A DNA stretch of 64,000 nucleotides from Cyanophora paradoxa CCMP329 (taxonomy: Eukaryota > Plantae > Glaucophyta). The notes beneath the pieces were generated by a model. The model was not told the DNA's origin. It searched no databases and was given only the letters and a program-made list of their open reading frames with translations. The stretch lies in the NCBI GenBank assembly GCA_004431415.1, contig QPMI01000470.1, forward strand, positions 62,001-126,000, in the 5' to 3' direction. Positions 57,258 through 64,000 of the stretch are shown here, in pieces (within the stretch, counting starts at the first letter, position 1; every line of letters starts with the position of its first letter). The position numbers were made by a program, and so were the translations under genes.

Positions 57258-57989
57258 TTACAGGTTAGAAAGGAATCTTTTAATGCAGCCCTCAATATCA
57301 GTTTCGGTGTATGGGATTCTCAGCAGTTTAATGTTGTTAGCTTCACAGTATCGATTTTTTATTCCATCATTAATTTGAACCTGTTTAAATTGCGCTTCAC
57401 CATTATCAGAGCCAAACCACTTTCTTGGTTTGAAATGTTGAATACCATCATATTCTATTGCAATTCGAAGAGAATCAATGTAGAAATCGAACCTTAATGG
57501 AAACTTATTTCTACAGTCTTTGAACATATGTTGTTGTGTATACCCCACTCCAATTAAGTCCAACACTTTGCACACCTCTTCCTCACCTTTTGAAGATCTA
57601 CAAAATGGGCAACCAGTATTTCGAATATGAATGATTGGGGGTTGCATGAACTCTTTGTTACAAGAGTTGCATCTTATACAAACTGGTGTGTGAGATTTCA
57701 CATATTCTACTTTATTATAACAATATTTGTCTCCATGTGTTTTTCTTGATTGCTCTATAAAGGTTTCCAGCTCTTTTCTGCGTTCATTTCCCAACCGCTG
57801 AAAACTACATTTCTTACAGCTTGACCCTCTTAGATGGTGATCCACCCGCTGTTCAAATATTGAACTGCAAGTCAGACAAGTAATGAGAACTTTATCCTTG
57901 CATTTCGTAAATTCAACCTTCGAATAATCGAATTTACCATTATGCTTGGCATTTGCACGATCTACAAACTCAGTAATTGTGATGGGCAT
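57258..57989 (-). CDS. Zn-ribbon-repeat PD-(D/E)xK (Vsr/DUF559-like) endonuclease, homing-endonuclease type
   Basis: Two F...H..K[FY].Y.KVE[FY]....V.I.C..C...F.Q....H....C..C repeats, then SKGEEEV...LRFDFYI...IAIEYDGIQHF...D..KN.YC....IKLLRIPY. Confidence 0.85.
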   Translation of the reverse strand: MPITITEFVDRANAKHNGKFDYSKVEFTKCKDKVLITCLTCSSIFEQRVDHHLRGSSCKKCSFQRLGNERRKELETFIEQSRKTHGDKYCYNKVEYVKSHTPVCIRCNSCNKEFMQPPIIHIRNTGCPFCRSSKGEEEVCKVLDLIGVGYTQQHMFKDCRNKFPLRFDFYIDSLRIAIEYDGIQHFKPRKWFGSDNGEAQFKQVQINDGIKNRYCEANNIKLLRIPYTETDIEGCIKRFLSNL

Positions 57990-58021
57990 TTGATTTTTAA
58001 ATGTTTTCAGGCGAAGCCTCT

Positions 58022-59687
58022 TCAGGCGAAGCCTCTTTCTCAAACCCAAAAACCGACGATCTAAATTCCTTTTTTAACCTTTTTTTCCACTCAAGATCCC
58101 CCCTGCTAAATAATTCCCGTGTCGCACTCCCTCGAGGCAGAATTAATAATTCTGCCTCGACACGGACGCGATTGCTGCTAGTCACACACCCACACGAACC
58201 CCCACAGACCTCTCTAGATCCATTTTAGCGTCGTGGCTGCCCAAAGACGACCGCTCCCCCGTAGGCATCCCGCGAAAATCGAATTTCCCTCTGGATCAAT
58301 TCCGGTACTTAACCTCCGACAAATGCAGTCCGAGTCCGAAGGTGGGACCCGGTCCCGCCCGGTCCCGCGACGAAATCGCGCCAGGGACGCCCCAGAACGA
58401 TACAGAATGACGCGCGAGGGCGAGCGCATCGCCGCAAGCTCGATTTTGGGCGCCGTCGACGCTCCAGTGCGAAGAGTCGGCCGAAAATTTGATCCGGCCG
58501 GTTCCGGCCGGTCCCGCGACGCGCGCAATCGATGCGTACTGGCGCGCATAGACATACCAGGGCCCGCGCACCCCCGAAATCCGCTTTTCGAACCCGGAGC
58601 AGCGCAGGAAGGTACCGGACAGCAAAAATCCGATCCTGGACAGACCCGGATATCTTTCCGCGCGCCCACGCCGCGGCGCATGCGCGGAACGATAGCATAA
58701 CCATTTAAGATGTAGAGAAAGACTTCCGCACGGTGTCTAAATGCACCAGGTCACGAGCACCCAGCCGACCCCGAAAATTCGATCCTTGATAGACCTGAAC
58801 ATCTTTCCGCGCGCCCTCGCATTCTCGCGCATGCGCATCGTCGCAATATTCATTTGAGATTTTATCAAAGTTTTCCACAAGCTTTGAAGACGCGAAAGAG
58901 CACGAGAACCCAGCCGACGGCAAAAATTCGATCCTGCACACGCCTGGACATCTTTCCGCGCGCCCACGCCACGGCGCATGCGCGGAACAATAGCATAAGC
59001 ATTTGAGATGTAGATCAAGCGTTCCGCGCGCTTTGCAGATGCGCCGGGCCGCGGGGACCCAGCCGACCCCGAAAATTCGATCCTTGAGGGAACTGAACCG
59101 CGTTCCGCGCGCCCTCGCGTCCTCATGCATGGGCATCGCTATAATATTCATTTGAGAGCTTTTCAAAGCGTAATGCAAGCCCCAAGGGCGCGACAGGGCG
59201 CGAGAATTCAGCCGACCCCGAAAATTCGATCCTGCATGGACCTGCACGTCTTTCCGCGCGCCCTCGCCTCCGCAGCCCCGCACATCGATGCTATATGCAT
59301 TCGAGATTGTGTTTAAGCGATTCGCAAGCTCTGTGCATGCGCCTGGCCGCGAGAACCTCGCCCTCCCGGCCTCCCCCCAACAATACATTAATATTAAATA
59401 AATCTCCTATCAATCTGCTCCACCAGTTAAAAGCAAGAGTTACCGGTTCAACTCCTCCCCTAGTTCATTATATATTCGCTCTCCTCATTACATTGCTCCC
59501 TGGCCAGCGAGCTCTCCCTCGAGCTGGCTATAGCGGGCCAGCCCATTGCCCCAGTGCCAAGCCGGCGAAACTTTTGAAGCCCGGCCATGCAACTGGGCGG
59601 GGCTGCAGCTGCCCGCCTACTGTGACAGCCGCGAGGGCGTCCGCGAGGCTTCGCCGTACTTAGTGCTCCGCAGGAGCACGGATCTTG
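58022..59687 (+). mobile_element. Same family, inner copy B nested in copy A
   Basis: TCAGGCGAAGCCTC...GAGGCTTCGCC (59645-59655), hairpin 59663-59679, ending CTTG at 59687; inserted between T58021 and T59688. Confidence 0.8.
58620..59340. repeat. ~149-bp internal tandem repeats (about 5 units; also at 60275-61000)
   Basis: aaaattcgatcc...atctttccgcgcgccc recurs at ~58625, 58774, 58922, 59072 and 59221. Confidence 0.85.
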
Positions 59688-61365
59688 TTCTCAAACCCAA
59701 AAACCGACGATCTAAATTCCTTTTTTAACCTTTTTTTCCACTCGAGATCCCCCCTGCTAAATAATTTCCGTGTCGCACTCCCTCGAGGCAGAATTATTAA
59801 TTCTGCCTCGACACGGACGCGATTGCCGCTAGTCACACAGCCACCCGAACCCCCACAGACCTCTCTAGATCCATTTTTAGCGTCCTGGCTTCCCTAAGAC
59901 GACCGCTCCCCCGTGGGCGTCCCGCGAATATCGAATTTCCCTCTGGATCAATTCCGGTACTTAACCTCCGACAAACGCAGTCCGAGTCAGAAGGTGGGAC
60001 CCGGTCCCGCCCGGTCCCGCGACGAAATCGCGCCAGGGACGCCCCAGAACGATACGGAGTGACGCGCGAGGGCGAGCGCATCGCCGCAAGCTCGATTTCG
60101 GGCGCCGTCGACGCTCCAGTGCGAAGACTTGGCCGAAAATTTGATCCGGCCGGTTCCGCCCGGTCCCGCGACGCGCGCAATCGATGCGTACTGGCGCGCA
60201 TAGACATAGCAAGGTCTGCGTACTCCAGAAATCCGCTTTTCGGAGGCCGAACAGTGCAGGAAGGTACCCGATGGCAAAAATTCGATCCGGATCCTGCACG
60301 GGCCCGGACATCTTTCCGCGCGCCCACGCTGCGGCGCATGCGCGGAGCAATAACATAAGCATTCGAGATGTAGACAAAGCATTCCGCACGCTTTGCGTAT
60401 GCGCGGGGCCGCGGGGACCCAGCCCACCCCGAAAATTCGATCCTCTACAGACCTGCACATCTTTCCGCGCGCCCTCGCATCCTCGCGCATGCGCATCGCT
60501 ACAATATTCATTTGAGATTTTATCAAAGCCTTCGACAAGCTTCGAACACGCCGAAGACCACGAGAACCCAGCCGACGGCAAAAATTCGATCCTGCACGGA
60601 CCCGGACATCTTTCTGCGCGCCCACGCCGCGGCACATGCGCGGGACAATAGCATATGCATGTGAGATGTAGACAAAGCCTTCCGCATGCTTTACAGATGC
60701 GCCGGGCCGCGAGAACCCAGCCAACCCCGAAAGTTCGATCTTGCACGGACCTGCGCGCACAGCTTTCCGCATGCACGCCCTCGCATGCTCACGCATGGGC
60801 ATTGCTACAGTATTCATTTGAGCTCTTTGTAAAGCTTTGCGCGAGCTCTGCGGACGGCGGCAATCCAGCCGACGCAAAACTTCGATCCTGGCCACGCCTG
60901 CACATCTTTCCGCGCGCCCTCGCCTCCGCAGACCTGCACATCGATGCTATATGCGTTCGAGATTCTTTTTAAGCGATTCGCAAGCTCTGTGCATGCGCCT
61001 GGCCGCGAGAACCTCGCCCCTGCCGGGCCTCCTTCCCAACAATATTATATAATTAATCTCCTCTCAAACTAGATCGATCTGCTCCACTCTTTAATTATTT
61101 CCTCGCTCAGTACATAATGGCATTAATATTACTCTAGCTAGCCGACCAGCGTTAGCTGGACTGGCCGTCAGCCAGCCAGCTTCTAGCCAGAAAGCTGTTC
61201 GCGATCGGCCAGGCCGCTGGCCAGTGCCCTATATATAGGCCTACTGTGACAGCCGCGAGGGCGTCCGCGAGGCTTCGCCGTACTTAGTGCTCCGCAGGAG
61301 CACGGATCTTGTCAAAAATAAATAATCACTTTTTCCTTAAATGCCTTACGATATATCGTAACAAT

Positions 61366-62733
61366 CTATAAATTAATTCTGCGTAAACCATCTTTGTCCA
61401 AAATTATATAGGAATGCATGAGAGCGCGAACATTAACATCGATAACCTTATCTGAAGGCATGTAGAGTGTGAGGAAAGATGATGAGGAATTCGTCAGGTC
61501 AACAAATCCACTTTGAGCAATATTTCGAATCGCCTTTTCTCCATCAATGCAGAAGCTTAAACCTGAAAGGACATAGCGATCAGCAACCTTATCCATGTTA
61601 GAGCATTTGAAGGCATCAGCAATTAGCTCAGCACCTTTGAGTAGGGAAATTGGCTCAGTGGCATAAAGTCGCTGTCCATTAATTTCAACAGTGAATGTGA
61701 TGTCTTTGGAGTTGGCATAGGTCTTAAGAACACTGTGGGAGCCATTGGCTTTGTCAACAGTTGCATTATCACGAACTGAAACAAGCAGAGCATATACAAG
61801 ACCTGAGATTTGAGAGAGGTTAATTCGATTGGGTTGGGCATTGCCCTTGGCAGGGAAAGCACTAGCATCAACAAACCCAATGTCTAGAGCAGGAATAGCC
61901 ATGCCAGTAGTCTTTACTTTTTCAATTACAGTAGCGAAAAGCTCATCAGAAACATTAATAGCATGCATGTAAAGGCGAGGAGAAGTAATAGAAATAACAG
62001 GGGTTGTTGCACCAAGACTGAAAGTTGTGATATTTTGACCAACATGGGCAAGGGTTCCATCTGTAAAGTTTCCAAGACCATCATCAGCAGTTGCATCAAC
62101 AGTTCCAACAGCAGTTGTGAGTTCACGACCACCATAGGAAGTTTCGACATAACCCTTGTCAGCATCCTTAAACCAAACAGTAACAACCATTTCACCAGAT
62201 AAAGCACCAAGGGGAAGGTAGTGATTGAGCCAAGGCACTGGGATTTCAACGAAAAATGAGCCACCAAGTCGGTTGGTTCCATGAGCAGGGATACCATGAA
62301 CCATGCCCATTGATCGTTTCTTTTTAGCTAGTTGATCCTCCGAATAATAGACCAGGGGGAAATGAGCAAGGAAATCAGAGGGAATGTGGTAGGTGTAAGA
62401 TCCATAGGTAATTTCAAGTCGCTGAACTAAAGCACCAACTGGGCGAGTGTATCCATTGCGAACAAGGTCCGTATCACCAGCAAAAGTGATGGCTGGAAGG
62501 TCGAAAGCAAGTTCGAGTTTTCCACAGAAATTGTAGCGAGGTAGCTTGAAGGAAATGCGATTTCCAACATTATTCTCAAAAGTATTGCTGGGATTCACAA
62601 CAACTAGAACTGGCTTAGACTTGGATTCGAGACCAAGCATAAGGGAGTTATCCAGGAAAAAGGCTTTCGCCTCCTCTGGGGTTGTTAGGGCTTCTTTCAG
62701 CGAAAGTCTTTGAAGAGTGGAAGTGATATCCAT
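61366..62733 (-). CDS. Double jelly-roll major capsid protein (PLV type)
   Basis: 455 aa, beta-rich; GNRISFKLPR...LELAFDLP and YLPLGALSGEMVVTVWF motifs; adjacent to the penton gene. Likely start is the ATG at 62733. Confidence 0.8.
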   Translation of the reverse strand: MDITSTLQRLSLKEALTTPEEAKAFFLDNSLMLGLESKSKPVLVVVNPSNTFENNVGNRISFKLPRYNFCGKLELAFDLPAITFAGDTDLVRNGYTRPVGALVQRLEITYGSYTYHIPSDFLAHFPLVYYSEDQLAKKKRSMGMVHGIPAHGTNRLGGSFFVEIPVPWLNHYLPLGALSGEMVVTVWFKDADKGYVETSYGGRELTTAVGTVDATADDGLGNFTDGTLAHVGQNITTFSLGATTPVISITSPRLYMHAINVSDELFATVIEKVKTTGMAIPALDIGFVDASAFPAKGNAQPNRINLSQISGLVYALLVSVRDNATVDKANGSHSVLKTYANSKDITFTVEINGQRLYATEPISLLKGAELIADAFKCSNMDKVADRYVLSGLSFCIDGEKAIRNIAQSGFVDLTNSSSSFLTLYMPSDKVIDVNVRALMHSYIILDKDGLRRINL

Positions 62734-62786
62734 TATATTCTCTTTTATTATACTGCAACATAAAAAATCTACCAATGATCCTTAAT

Positions 62787-63818
62787 TTATGCGAAGCTTG
62801 TAATAACTGGATAGGAAGGGTGAAGCTGTGACATTCGCATCTTAAAGTATTCATAAACTGGGTCCCCAGCTGGCTCATCACCATAGCGAATTTCAAAGGT
62901 AAGATGAACAGGTTGACCCTCAAAATCAATTGGTTCATTAATAGCATTTACAATATCAACCGAGAAAGTGGATAATCCAACCTTTTTGTTATAGTATTTA
63001 TAAAGTGGATGAGCCTCTGTCGAATTGTAAACTACATGCTCACCATAATCTTTGTCAGGGACCACTATTTTATGGAAGTAACCAGTCAGAAGACCATCCC
63101 CACATTGCACCAGATCACCCAGCTCCTTTACTCTCACAAACAAAACACTGTCCCTGGTCTTCTCAGGCTCAAAAGAAGATAGAATACCGTTTACTCGAGT
63201 CCCAGTAAAGATACCATCAGTGAGAGCATCATAAACTTGTGATTGGATTGAGGAATTGCCATATCTTCCAGGATCAAGACCAAGCAGTCTCCCTGAACTC
63301 AATAGCTTTTGAATTGTTTGCAGGTTTGGATTTACAGCAAGTGAGAAAGCCAGGTAAAAAGGTTTTTCGGAATGGAATACTATTCGTTTCAGTGACTCAT
63401 CCCATTTGCAGCGAAGAGATGGTTTAGGATTTTTTAAATCGAACTTTTCATTAATAACATTCACCAGTTGTTGGTGGCTTTGAATGGGGGCTTTGCGACT
63501 TATAATGATTTGTTTCCACTGTTCAAAGTCCTCAGCTGGGCGAACTGTGGGGATACCATCAATTCCAGCTCCTGCATATTGTTCAGAATAGTAAATACTA
63601 AATGAATTGTCGATTGTTACATCTCCAACTTTGGTTTCACCACTCACCATAGGGATGCTGTTATAAAATTCGGCTGATACCAGTCTCACAGCCCTCACAT
63701 TCTCATAAGAACTTGGGAGTCTAGCCACAAAGCTTGATGTGGGACCATCACCAGAGATTGTATTAAATGAGCTAACCTCAATGTAATCCACAGGCATTCT
63801 TCTTTTATCTATATTCAT
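62787..63818 (-). CDS. Minor capsid (penton) protein, single jelly roll
   Basis: YIEVSS...SSFVARLPSSYENVRAVRLVSAEFYNS at the N-terminus and LSTFSVDIVNAINEPIDFEGQPVHLTFEI at the C-terminus. Confidence 0.8.
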   Translation of the reverse strand: MNIDKRRMPVDYIEVSSFNTISGDGPTSSFVARLPSSYENVRAVRLVSAEFYNSIPMVSGETKVGDVTIDNSFSIYYSEQYAGAGIDGIPTVRPAEDFEQWKQIIISRKAPIQSHQQLVNVINEKFDLKNPKPSLRCKWDESLKRIVFHSEKPFYLAFSLAVNPNLQTIQKLLSSGRLLGLDPGRYGNSSIQSQVYDALTDGIFTGTRVNGILSSFEPEKTRDSVLFVRVKELGDLVQCGDGLLTGYFHKIVVPDKDYGEHVVYNSTEAHPLYKYYNKKVGLSTFSVDIVNAINEPIDFEGQPVHLTFEIRYGDEPAGDPVYEYFKMRMSQLHPSYPVITSFA

Positions 63819-64000
63819 ATATTAAAATGAACCGGCTTGTTAATATTGATAGCAGGGATAGAAGCCAAGGACAAAATGAAAACTCTTACAGGGTCACCCT
63901 CACAACTCCAGTAGAGAGACCAAGAGAATGCAGGGTTCTTTATGCAGAGATTCCAAACAGTATCTATAACAGTGTGGGAACTGATCATATAACAGTTGAT

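Larger units (their letters stand above)
58007..61311 (+). mobile_element. Non-autonomous Helentron/Helitron-like element, outer copy A (58007-58021 plus 59688-61311)
   Basis: 5' TC and 3' CTTG at a T^T target with no TSD. SubTIRs GGCGAAGCCTC (58010-58020) and GAGGCTTCGCC (61269-61279); 3' hairpin GTGCTCC-GCA-GGAGCAC (61287-61303); internal ~150-bp repeats; GC-rich. Confidence 0.8.
44973..64000. mobile_element. Endogenous Polinton-like virus / Maverick-type element; right end lies beyond the window
   Basis: Abrupt shift to AT-rich, intronless, tightly packed ORFs: rve integrase, pPolB, primase-helicase, A32 ATPase, major and minor capsid proteins. Confidence 0.95.

Noticed and set aside
58007-61311. 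LTR pair or viral terminal repeat
   Set aside because: No TG..CA ends, TSD or internal region; the subTIR, hairpin and TT target fit a rolling-circle element; viral genes continue on both sides.
44973-64000. Bacterial or prophage contamination
   Set aside because: The rve integrase, pPolB, A32 ATPase and jelly-roll capsids are a eukaryotic virus set, and a GC-rich host-type element is inserted in it.
63815-64000. 3' end of a further minus-strand viral ORF
   Set aside because: An open frame overlaps the penton start but is too short and featureless to call.

Overview
Eukaryotic nuclear DNA from a GC-rich, intron-dense protist or alga. Short GT-AG and GC-AG introns and TTCGAA-rich introns are reminiscent of the glaucophyte Cyanophora, but that is an unverified inference. 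Positions 1-44 kb hold host genes and retroelements: an ADCY10/sAC-like STAND NTPase-TPR gene, a proteinase K-like S8 protease, a gene with 7 Cys-rich repeats fused to a claudin-like domain, an IQ-motif gene, a 5'-truncated L1/Tx1-like LINE with a 10-bp TSD, and a second polyA/TSD retro-insertion. From about 44.97 kb to beyond the window end lies an AT-rich, intronless endogenous Polinton-like virus (PLV). It encodes an rve integrase, protein-primed PolB, RING protein, AEP primase-SF3 helicase, A32 packaging ATPase (frameshifted), PD-(D/E)xK endonuclease, and double-jelly-roll major and minor capsid proteins, and it is interrupted by two nested Helentron/Helitron-like non-autonomous elements. 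The most unusual signals are: (i) palindromic 9-bp iteron arrays resembling a P4/PICI-type origin, placed right after the helicase and, inverted, at the element end, so that they bracket the integration/replication module; (ii) a pPolB whose proofreading exonuclease looks dead and partly deleted; (iii) near-total CpG loss except in TCG/CGA context; (iv) a mosaic host-virus-host-virus left junction. Exon boundaries of host genes are approximate, and all family calls come from motif recognition by eye without database searches.
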